A stretch of 64,000 bases of DNA, taken from Nitrosopumilaceae archaeon. GTDB lineage: Archaea > Thermoproteota > Nitrososphaeria > Nitrososphaerales > Nitrosopumilaceae. The notes under the pieces are model-generated. The model had not been told where the DNA came from. It was given only the letters and a program-made list of their open reading frames with translations, and searched no databases. This document shows positions 35,262-43,712 of the stretch, piece after piece. The stretch spans positions 96,001 to 160,000 of the forward strand of contig CBDCCK010000002.1 of assembly GCA_965214835.1 (NCBI GenBank). Direction: 5' to 3'. Position 1 is the stretch's first letter. Each line of letters opens with the position of its first letter. Both the position numbers and the translations under genes were made by a program.

Positions 35262-36846
35262 TCTCCCAAGGGTATTTTCCAAAAAAGCCGTGCCGTTTTG
35301 GATTGCGGGGTTTGCCGTAACCTGCGCCATGCTGCAGATATTCGGCGGCGACCACCTGCGGCCGGGAAGCCCAGAGGAGGCAATAGCATTCATCACTGTA
35401 AACGTCGAGATACTGGTGACCATGCTGACGGTCACCATGGGCGTGACGCTTCTGGGCCTGCAGTTCAGAGCCCAATCCTATACCATGATGGCACTTGTTC
35501 GATACATCAAGGATCGCGTGGTGTACGGATTCATCTCCGTCTTTACGGCACTGATAGTCTTCAGCATGTCAGTCATGATAATTCCTGGAATAGATCCGGT
35601 AGCAGTCTCACCGTTTGCATTTGCCGGAACGTCGTTTTCAATCGTTTATCTTATAGGGTATGTCTATTACATGGTTCACGAAATCCAGCCTACGCGGACG
35701 ATGGCACACATCAAAACTCAGATAGACGGAATCAGGACATCGGAGATGATACCCGATATCATGGCAGGACGGGATACGGAGTCGGGCTGGATTGAGCGGT
35801 TTGTAGTATGGGAGCAGATAATGCTGCGTGCAGTGGAAACGGACAACCTTTACGTTTACCGGACAGGACTTGACGTCATCTTCGACAAACTCCACCGATG
35901 CCTGGAGGCCTGCAAGGACGACACAAGGGATCCGGTCTATGCATTCTTCTTCCAATACGTGTCGGCCGTAACGCTTGCAGGGGTCAGGGAAAACAGGGAC
36001 AGGTTCGTCAGAATAACAATGGACAAGCTGAAGACCGTGGACGAGGCGATTCCCGAAAGCCGTGACAAGTTCAGCTCGAGACGCATGATGGTGTTTCACA
36101 TGTGGCAGCATGTCATGAGGGAGTCGATACGAATTGGAAACGTCCGCATGTCGCATTACGGAATGCTCGTGATAAGACAACTTCTTGACAGATACCTCAA
36201 AAGGCATCCCAAGGATGCCGGGCACATCCTGACATTTTTCCACATGTACATGTCACGCGCAGTGGATACAGCCATCACAAACAACAACACCGACTATCTG
36301 TTTGACTACGTGAGGATCATTGGAGAGATGGTCTTTCCAGAGAGGCGAGCCGCCGACGAACACACCCCGCTTGAGGCCTGGATAATGATAATGAAATACG
36401 CGATCCGCACGGAACGCATAGGCATGCTTGAGTATGGCATAGGCAGGCTCTTTTCTGTCTTTGGGAGTGCCAAACATGGTACGGATGCCATAAAACACAC
36501 TCACCGCGCCATTGAGGCGGTGGCCATCGAATGTGGATCGGATGAAAGATGCGTGCGTGTCCTGATGGACTCGTATCGGAAGCTGCCGCCGGAGCGATGG
36601 CCGGTACGCGCGTGGAAGCACGTCATGTTTGACTCGATCCACTCTTCTAGGGATGTGATCTTTGATCTGTGTGTGAGTGCCATCCATGACGAGCTGTCAG
36701 ATTCGGATGCGGGGTTCTTTGCCGGGGTTGCACCGGAAATGAGGAGCAACTCCCGGTTGGGCGTGAGCATGCCATCTGAGAGAATACGGGAGATTGGCGC
36801 ACACATTGACATGTGCCTTCACAAATCGGGCGTTCCCCCGGACTGA
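35248..36846 (+). CDS. DUF2254-like membrane protein with helical C-terminus
   Basis: Four N-terminal TM helices; LQFRAQSY..P pattern. Confidence 0.65.
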   Translation, partial: SADSDLPRVFSKKAVPFWIAGFAVTCAMLQIFGGDHLRPGSPEEAIAFITVNVEILVTMLTVTMGVTLLGLQFRAQSYTMMALVRYIKDRVVYGFISVFTALIVFSMSVMIIPGIDPVAVSPFAFAGTSFSIVYLIGYVYYMVHEIQPTRTMAHIKTQIDGIRTSEMIPDIMAGRDTESGWIERFVVWEQIMLRAVETDNLYVYRTGLDVIFDKLHRCLEACKDDTRDPVYAFFFQYVSAVTLAGVRENRDRFVRITMDKLKTVDEAIPESRDKFSSRRMMVFHMWQHVMRESIRIGNVRMSHYGMLVIRQLLDRYLKRHPKDAGHILTFFHMYMSRAVDTAITNNNTDYLFDYVRIIGEMVFPERRAADEHTPLEAWIMIMKYAIRTERIGMLEYGIGRLFSVFGSAKHGTDAIKHTHRAIEAVAIECGSDERCVRVLMDSYRKLPPERWPVRAWKHVMFDSIHSSRDVIFDLCVSAIHDELSDSDAGFFAGVAPEMRSNSRLGVSMPSERIREIGAHIDMCLHKSGVPPD

Positions 36847-37087
36847 CGGAAATCTGCCATGTCGGATTTGCGGTTTTTATGCAAAGCACGTACCGTAAGT
36901 GTGGCAGACAGGGACGACACGGATCCAAATGACAGGCTGGACAGGATCGAGGAAAGACTGGTCAGGCTGGAGGGCATGGTCAGGGACGGAGGTCTGCAGG
37001 GATCGCAGGCCGGCGCACCGGATTCGGAGCCGTCACGTGAAGGCATTGGGGATTTCATTTCGCATACAATAAGGCTGGAGCGCCTCA

Positions 37088-37897
37088 TTGGAAGGGGATA
37101 GGACGTCACGCGGGGGAATCGCACAGTTGTCAGACAGCAGACAGGCCGACGGGAGCACGATAATCAACGACGACTGCATCGACGGGATGAGATCACTTGA
37201 CGACGGGTCGGTGGATCTGATAGTTACTGATCCCCCGTTTGCCATAGGCTTCGGGGCCAGAAGATCAAACTACAACCGCAGACCGGACAACGTCCTGGAC
37301 GGATACGGCGAAATCAGGCAAAGGGACTATCTTTCCTTCAGCCGGAGCTGGATCAGCGAGGCATATGGGGTTCTCAGGGAGTCCGGAAGCATGTTTGTCT
37401 TTTCGGGATGGAGCAACCTGAAGGACGTCCTGATTGCACTGGATGAGGCCGGTTTCATCACGGTCAACCACATAATCTGGAGATACCAGTTCGGGGTCGT
37501 TACAAAGAAAAGGTACGTCACATCCCATTATCACTGCCTCTATGTCTGCAAGGACGACAAAAAAAGAAGGTTCTACCCGGATTCCCGCTTCGGGCCCGGC
37601 AGCGAAAGGTACAGGGACATGGAGGACGTATGGTACATCAGGCGCGAGTACTGGAGGAACGAAAAGAAGACGCCCACCAAGCTGCCTTCGGAGATAATAA
37701 GAAAGATTCTCCAGTACGCAAGCAGGCCCGGTGATCTGGTCCTGGATCCCTTTCTGGGATCTGGCCAGGTGGCGGCAGTCAGCAAGGAGATGGGAAGGTG
37801 CTATCTGGGGTTTGAGATCATCAGGGAATACTTTGACTTTGCCAAAAGGCACATAGGGAAGACCCGGGCGCAGGAGACCTCAGGCAGCCGGTCATGA
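37088..37897 (+). CDS. N6A DNA methyltransferase (beta arrangement)
   Basis: VTDPPF precedes PTKLP and DPFLGSG; exact start uncertain. Confidence 0.9.
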   Translation: MEGDRTSRGGIAQLSDSRQADGSTIINDDCIDGMRSLDDGSVDLIVTDPPFAIGFGARRSNYNRRPDNVLDGYGEIRQRDYLSFSRSWISEAYGVLRESGSMFVFSGWSNLKDVLIALDEAGFITVNHIIWRYQFGVVTKKRYVTSHYHCLYVCKDDKKRRFYPDSRFGPGSERYRDMEDVWYIRREYWRNEKKTPTKLPSEIIRKILQYASRPGDLVLDPFLGSGQVAAVSKEMGRCYLGFEIIREYFDFAKRHIGKTRAQETSGSRS

Positions 37898-38030
37898 TGG
37901 CGGGGCAGGCCCGACCGCAGCGGGGATTCCGCTTTGCATGATCCGGATCCCGTGGTTGACAATTATTACTCGTTTTGTGATTAATTTTAAATCAAGCCTG
38001 CCAAGTCGCGTCATATAGATCTGACACGGG

Positions 38031-38732
38031 TTGACACAAAGACGAATCGCTGATCATCGCAGGTTTGTGCCGGTGATTGCGGCACTGGTGCTGGCGTTAT
38101 CGGGCCCTGCATGCGTGCACGCCTCAGACGGGGCCGACGGCGGTGAGCTGGCAGGTGAGCTGAGAGGCATCCGAGAGTCGCTTGATGCCATCAACCTTAG
38201 CAATTCGCTGAACTTTATGATTGGGATCACAATCGCCTTCATAGCTATAATTGCCACCATCTATAACAGCAAAAAACTGAACAGGCAGCTGGCAATACAC
38301 GAGCGGGAGATCAAGTACAGGACAAGGCCTGTTCTTGTAAGGGGGCGCTATGATGACGGCAACACGTTCAGCATAAGGGATGCAGACCGCCGGTTATGGA
38401 TCAAGGTCACAAACGTCGGACCACTTCCGGCAGTCGGCATAAAACGTCGGATGCGATCAGGAATAGCCAGAAAGGACCGCAGCGCGGAGACGCTGGAGGA
38501 GATGCAGTATGTGTCAACCGACATGCCGTCAATAGGCCCCGACGAGTATGTCGACAACATAATACGCATGTCAGAGGAGGAATACGGCGAGCTGTGCGGC
38601 GGCGAGCGTTATTTCTTCGAGCTTGAAATAGAGTATGCAGAGCCAGAGAACAGGGAGAAGAGGTACCGCTATCACATACGCGGGCATTTTGAGAAGAGGA
38701 ACCTGATCCAGGATCATGTTGACATGAGCTAG
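38031..38732 (+). CDS. Membrane-anchored hypothetical protein
   Basis: Signal peptide, TM helix, then RPVL...NVGPLPA beta-rich domain. Confidence 0.65.
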   Translation: MTQRRIADHRRFVPVIAALVLALSGPACVHASDGADGGELAGELRGIRESLDAINLSNSLNFMIGITIAFIAIIATIYNSKKLNRQLAIHEREIKYRTRPVLVRGRYDDGNTFSIRDADRRLWIKVTNVGPLPAVGIKRRMRSGIARKDRSAETLEEMQYVSTDMPSIGPDEYVDNIIRMSEEEYGELCGGERYFFELEIEYAEPENREKRYRYHIRGHFEKRNLIQDHVDMS

Positions 38733-39568
38733 GACCTTGTGCGCCCAGACCTGCACGAGTGGTACATCATGCCGGTATTGTATGATACGCCGGTCCTCCC
38801 CGTATAATCGACGGTTATCAGTCCTCCCAGGCCGCCGCGCATGCAGCCAAGCTCCCTTATTGCGAGATCTGCGGCCGCCTGTGCCGCCGCCCCGGATTCC
38901 ATTATATCGCACGCCCTTTTTGCGGCGCATGATTTCATCAGGACGTCCCCGTTTCCAGTAGTCACGGCCGCACCGGCCCCGTTTTTGGCGTAATATCCGG
39001 CACCCACTATTGCAGAGTCTCCGACCCTGCCGGGAGTCTTGCCCCACACTCCTCCGGTTGAGACTGCGGCGGCAAGGTCGCCATCCTTGTCGAGCACGAC
39101 ACATCCGACGGTTCCGTACTTTTCCCTTGCGGCCTCAAGCCCTCTCAGTTGCACTCTTCCTGGCGCCATCTCGTGCTTCTGTATCCCATGGGAGCGTGCA
39201 AACTCGGATGCGCCGCCGCCTGTAACGAGGGAATGGGCAGATCCGGACATGACGTACCATGCCACCCTTATGGGGTTCCTGACATGCTTGATGGCCCCGA
39301 CACCCCCGCATTCCATGGTTTTCCCGTTCATCATCCCGGCATCCATCTCGATGGTGCCGTCGCTGGTGAGGCAGGAGCCTGCCCCCGCGTTGAATGCGCC
39401 GTCATCCTCCATCCTGGTAATGCAGTGGAGTGCCACATCAACTGCGCGTCCTCCGCCATCGAGGATTGAGTAGGACTCGTCGGCAATGCAGTTGATTGTA
39501 ATTAACACACCGTCATCAGGCGTTCCATCCCCTGCCCCGCCGTGAACTAGGATGCCGTGTTTTGACAT
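38729..39568 (-). CDS. Isoaspartyl peptidase/L-asparaginase (Ntn hydrolase)
   Basis: VHGGAG, FNAGAG, EMDAG, GTVG (catalytic Thr), STGG...GRVGDS, TGNG. Confidence 0.92.
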   Translation of the reverse strand: MSKHGILVHGGAGDGTPDDGVLITINCIADESYSILDGGGRAVDVALHCITRMEDDGAFNAGAGSCLTSDGTIEMDAGMMNGKTMECGGVGAIKHVRNPIRVAWYVMSGSAHSLVTGGGASEFARSHGIQKHEMAPGRVQLRGLEAAREKYGTVGCVVLDKDGDLAAAVSTGGVWGKTPGRVGDSAIVGAGYYAKNGAGAAVTTGNGDVLMKSCAAKRACDIMESGAAAQAAADLAIRELGCMRGGLGGLITVDYTGRTGVSYNTGMMYHSCRSGRTRS

Positions 39569-39674
39569 GTATCTACAACTCGCGACGATCATATTTAACC
39601 TATCAATGCCGGCACCGTGCAAGTTCATCCCATGCACAAACCGCGGCTTAATAGCAAACGGCAGTGAATATGAC

Positions 39675-39788
39675 ATGGCGTCGACTGTGATACATGGGGG
39701 CATATCTACACTTGCGATAGCTGCCGGCGTGGCAACACTGCTGGTAGGTTACGCGGTGCACATACTTGGGATAGGCCCGCGCAATTGA
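39675..39788 (+). CDS. 37-aa single-TM peptide, copy 2
   Basis: MASTVIHGGISTLAIAAGVATLLVGYAVHILGIGPRN. Confidence 0.6.
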   Translation: MASTVIHGGISTLAIAAGVATLLVGYAVHILGIGPRN

Positions 39789-39820
39789 AGATGTCATACC
39801 AATGTCGGTGTCTGATATTA

Positions 39821-40367
39821 GCTTCAATGGGACCACGACATTATCGTCGCGGAAATGGATGATGGCGCCGTCTTCGCCTGCCGTCATAACGGGCTTCAAT
39901 GGGGCCGCAACTTTATCGTCGCGGAAAGATATAATGCGAGATTTAACACAGGAACTCGGAAACTTGCTTCAATGGGGCCGCAACTTTATCGTCGCGGAAA
40001 GGTCGGAACCATGGGACGGATTGGCGGGACGGGAGGACGCTTCAATGGGGCCGCAACTTTATCGTCGCGGAAAGGTCGGAACCATGGGACGGATTGGCGG
40101 GACGGGAGGACGCTTCAATGGGGCCGCGACATTACCGTCGCGGAAATTCGTGAGGGCCCTGGAAATGATGATGCGTATATCACAGCTTCAATGGGGCCGC
40201 GACATTACCGTCGCGGAAATAGCTTTCTGCATATGCCGTTACATGCATCGTCATTACGCTTCAATGGGGCCGCGACATTACCGTCGCGGAAATTGGGTAA
40301 TGACGTGACTACCATATCCCTGCAGGGCAACGCTTCAATGGGGCCGCGACATTACCGTCGCGGAAAT
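39821..40367 (-). CRISPR. Type I-G-like CRISPR array, 8 repeats and 7 spacers
   Basis: 36-bp repeat GCTTCAATGGGGCCGCGACATTACCGTCGCGGAAAT (two variants) at 39821, 39893, 39966, 40039, 40112, 40185, 40258, 40332; spacers 36-38 bp, spacers 3 and 4 identical; minus orientation ends in ATTGAAGC. Confidence 0.97.
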
Positions 40368-40593
40368 ACTGCAATGCCGACAGGTTCGGCCATTGCCTGT
40401 GCGTGACAGGCATCTTTTTTGTACAGCCCTTGCGTTTTTCGCACCACACATGCCGCGATGGCATGCGTCCTCACACTCACATATAATACATTTTCAAGCG
40501 CCTCCTCACAGCGGTGGTACCCAGGATCCCTCGCATGCCACGCCTGCCGGTGACACCAGAGACATACGTGACGATCTGACGCATATGCAGGAT

Positions 40594-40821
40594 CTACCAC
40601 GCATCCGGAACCGACAGAGCAAGTATGACCATCAGGAATCCGTAAATGACAATCGGAATCCAGAGCGAGTGGATGAGGTGTTTTTTTGCGGCATCGTTGT
40701 TGCGGTCCTTCCATACCAGATAGCATATCAGCCCCGATATTACCCAGAAGAACACGTGCGCGACCCACCACAGCCTTGACGGGGCCTGCCTGGCGTCACC
40801 GTGGATATCTTCGTCTGACAT
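40594..40821 (-). CDS. Small membrane protein
   Basis: WW...GLICYLVWKDRN..AK pattern with hydrophobic helices. Confidence 0.6.
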   Translation of the reverse strand: MSDEDIHGDARQAPSRLWWVAHVFFWVISGLICYLVWKDRNNDAAKKHLIHSLWIPIVIYGFLMVILALSVPDAW

Positions 40822-41422
40822 GCCATCCCAAACCGGGTTTTGTTAATAAACGCAGAAACGGCGGATTCGGAAGCAGGGCAGCTGTTACACCTTCTTGCAT
40901 CACTCGGCGGCCAACATCAGGAATTATCATGCCATGAGTTGACAGAACCTTTTCTCGAACAAGTTATAACCGGCAGTGGCGCCATGTACCGCATACTGTC
41001 ATGACGCAAAGAACCGAATCCAGTCTTGAAAAAACAGTTCTGGACATATATGCCAGTGATCAAAGCATCCTGAAATACCTCGTACAGTCGCACGGCAGGG
41101 TAAGATATCGAAAAAGAACGCGATGACATCCCGTCAGATAAGGCGTGACGGGTTGCCGCTTTTGTCTGGTTGCCGGGGCGTCGTGCCTCCAGTCCGGCCT
41201 CGGTTTTACACGATTTTTTGTATGAATTCGTCCCTAATGGCAAATCCAGACAAAACCCACAGTCAATTTCGGATCTATCTGTGATCAAAATCAGGTGCTT
41301 TTTTTAAAACGAGAAACGAAGTCATGCATCCAACAAACTAGAAGCCAGGCAATCCTTTTAATTTGGCAGATTACAGTCAATGCATGGCTGTAACGCCTGC
41401 TGTCTCAGGTAATCCTCAATCC

Positions 41423-41992
41423 ATGCCAGGATCACCCCTGATCGAGATAAGGGACATCTCCGGGATTGCGGCACGGCAGCTTCTGCAGGCAGTGAAGATT
41501 TACAGGAATTCGTTTCCGGCAAACGAGTCAAGGCCCGTAGGCGACGTCATGGAGTTACTGGAGCGCGGCGTCTACACGATGTATGCCGCCGTCGATGGCA
41601 GCGGGGCCGACGCGCCGGTCGCCGGATTCATGCTGCTGTATCCGCTGGACTCTGATTGTGTATTGCTTGACTATATGGCCGTGCGGGCAGGCGCTCGCGG
41701 GCGCGGCACAGGCAGCATCATGATGGGATATCTGAGGGATCACGTCCTGGGAACGTACGGGACTGTCCTGCTTGAGATTCAGCTGCCGCAGGGCGACGGC
41801 ATCCAGGCCAAGCGCGACAGGATCAGGTTTTATGTCTCGCACGGCGTCAGGCCGCTGACTGACAGCTATGTGATGCCAGGGTACGGCAGGGACGGCAGCG
41901 AGGTGATGAGCCTGATGTATATGGGCAGAAGGCCGGAGGATATTGGGCAGGTGACTGCAAGTATTCACTTTCGGGTATACGGCAAGGATTAG
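41423..41992 (+). CDS. GNAT-family acetyltransferase
   Basis: LDYMAV..ARGRGTGS..RIRFY. Confidence 0.85.
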   Translation: MPGSPLIEIRDISGIAARQLLQAVKIYRNSFPANESRPVGDVMELLERGVYTMYAAVDGSGADAPVAGFMLLYPLDSDCVLLDYMAVRAGARGRGTGSIMMGYLRDHVLGTYGTVLLEIQLPQGDGIQAKRDRIRFYVSHGVRPLTDSYVMPGYGRDGSEVMSLMYMGRRPEDIGQVTASIHFRVYGKD

Positions 41993-42026
41993 TTCAGAGG
42001 CAGCGGCGGGGAAGGAAGGGACTGGC

Positions 42027-42425
42027 TCACCGTATCTCGACTACCTTGGTCCTGACTATGGTGCTGCCGTCGGTCCCCGACGCATCCACTATGAGCGTTA
42101 TATGCGTGGCCCCTTCTGCGCCGTCCACTATTCCAGATATCAGTCCGGACGATCTTCCTGCGGGCAGGGAGGCGCCGGGCTGGTCCACTGCCAGATCAGA
42201 CGGGGTGCTGACCGACAGGCCGGATATGTCCACGTTGCCTATGTTGTGCAGCGAGTAGCTCAGCAGCACGTCGCCGGACTGGGACAGGCGCCTGGCCTCG
42301 GCGCTCACCTGCAGGTCAAGCCGGTCAATGTCAAACTGCCCGGAGCTGAATGCAACTGCCAGCACGACGGGAACGATGACGCCGGCCGCAAGAAAAATCG
42401 CCAGGTATTCAGAAGAGAGGTTCAT
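42027..42425 (-). CDS. Pilin-like/surface protein
   Basis: Short N-terminus with Glu, a hydrophobic helix, then NIGNVDI beta-sandwich. Confidence 0.55.
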   Translation of the reverse strand: MNLSSEYLAIFLAAGVIVPVVLAVAFSSGQFDIDRLDLQVSAEARRLSQSGDVLLSYSLHNIGNVDISGLSVSTPSDLAVDQPGASLPAGRSSGLISGIVDGAEGATHITLIVDASGTDGSTIVRTKVVEIR

Positions 42426-42928
42426 TTCCTTACGTACCTTTTCAGCCTGGAGACGGCGGCCAGTATCTCGTCCATGCTACGGCCCCCGACTACTGCGTGA
42501 TACCCGTACGCCTTGACGTCGCAGCCGCCGATGCGGATCTGGACGCGCGCAAACCTCTCGTTGGATCTTATGTATCCCGGGGCGCCGCGCAGCCTGTCTA
42601 GGTCCAGCATCCTGCCGTCAAAGGAGACGTGCGTCACCACGTACCGCACGGTGAACTTTTCGACGGTCCTGATCTTCATGCCGAGCCTTTTGAGCAGCGA
42701 GACGAACGCCCTTGCCGCGCCGACTGCCGCCTTCTCGGAGGTGGAGCCGACCGACGTCACCCTTCCGGAATCGTACAGGTATATCATGGCGCCGCCGGAC
42801 GGCACGTACAGGGCAGGAAGGCCGTTGGGGCGGTACTGGGCATCGCGGACGCTGCGGACTATGGCCTCCGGGTCGTGCCCGGATATCATGCCGGCGGCAA
42901 TTACGTTGTCCACCTTTACCATCATCAT
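42422..42928 (-). CDS. tbp: Divergent TATA-box-binding protein
   Basis: VKVDNVIA, YRPNGLPALY, YDSGRVTSVGSTSE and a second repeat (VRYVVT..LDLDRL..ERFA..VVGGRS); ATGA overlap with the upstream gene. Confidence 0.7.
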   Translation of the reverse strand: MMMVKVDNVIAAGMISGHDPEAIVRSVRDAQYRPNGLPALYVPSGGAMIYLYDSGRVTSVGSTSEKAAVGAARAFVSLLKRLGMKIRTVEKFTVRYVVTHVSFDGRMLDLDRLRGAPGYIRSNERFARVQIRIGGCDVKAYGYHAVVGGRSMDEILAAVSRLKRYVRK

Positions 42929-43329
42929 TTCCCGGGATTCTCCATCCTCCTCTTGACGATGATCGACCTGACGGCCTCTATGTTGTTGGCAACGGCGCAC
43001 AGGTGGATCATGCCGACAAAGAACGGCAGGAACGCGTCGGCCATTATGACGTACCATCCGAGGCAGACCGCTATGCCTGCCGAGAATATCACCATGATTG
43101 CATGGTACGGGCCCATGTGGCGGCGGAGGATGCCGAACATGGCGTTCTTCTCGTACCGTTCAAAGTCGCGCACCCGTATGGTGGTAAAGGCGTCAGCCGC
43201 AAAGCAGACCGTGTAAAACGACATGGCCACTGCCATCCCGTGGCCGCCAAGCAGCGTGTGCGCAAACACCCCGGTCACAAACGAGAAGGAAAGCGTTATG
43301 ATTCCGATAAAAAGGGGGATGAGGTTCAT
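42925..43329 (-). CDS. Membrane protein
   Basis: Four hydrophobic segments; EKN motif. Confidence 0.6.
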   Translation of the reverse strand: MNLIPLFIGIITLSFSFVTGVFAHTLLGGHGMAVAMSFYTVCFAADAFTTIRVRDFERYEKNAMFGILRRHMGPYHAIMVIFSAGIAVCLGWYVIMADAFLPFFVGMIHLCAVANNIEAVRSIIVKRRMENPGK

Positions 43330-43338
43330 GCCGGGCTC

Positions 43339-43698
43339 TCACCTGGCACGTGCCACGTATGCTGTAGTACCGGCTGCCGCCGTCCGCATCCTGGCGGCGC
43401 AGTGTCTGCACGGAGTGTCCATGCGAAGGGTTATTCCGACCATGACGGATCCGCCTATGATGACCAGGTATATTGCCATCTGCATGTACACCTTCATCTC
43501 AGAAAAGAAGTCAGTCATGAATCCGCCGAAGATCCTGTCGTCCTCGTCGGCCAGATCCGTCGTGTCGACTGCAAACAGGCTGTCGGCCGCATAAAGTGAT
43601 CCCGCTATGATCACGATGCCGATTATCATGTACATCGGCGATCCGCGTAGCGCGTCTGACAGATCCTCGCCCTTTCGTTTTTCTATCATGGAATCCAC
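43339..43698 (-). CDS. Membrane protein
   Basis: Two TM helices; lies within the transfer operon. Confidence 0.55.
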   Translation of the reverse strand: MDSMIEKRKGEDLSDALRGSPMYMIIGIVIIAGSLYAADSLFAVDTTDLADEDDRIFGGFMTDFFSEMKVYMQMAIYLVIIGGSVMVGITLRMDTPCRHCAARMRTAAAGTTAYVARAR

Positions 43699-43712
43699 AG
43701 GACGGTTAGAAT

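Noticed and set aside
39802-40406. ORFs 39802..40308 and 39855..40406
   Set aside because: They are translations of CRISPR repeats and spacers.
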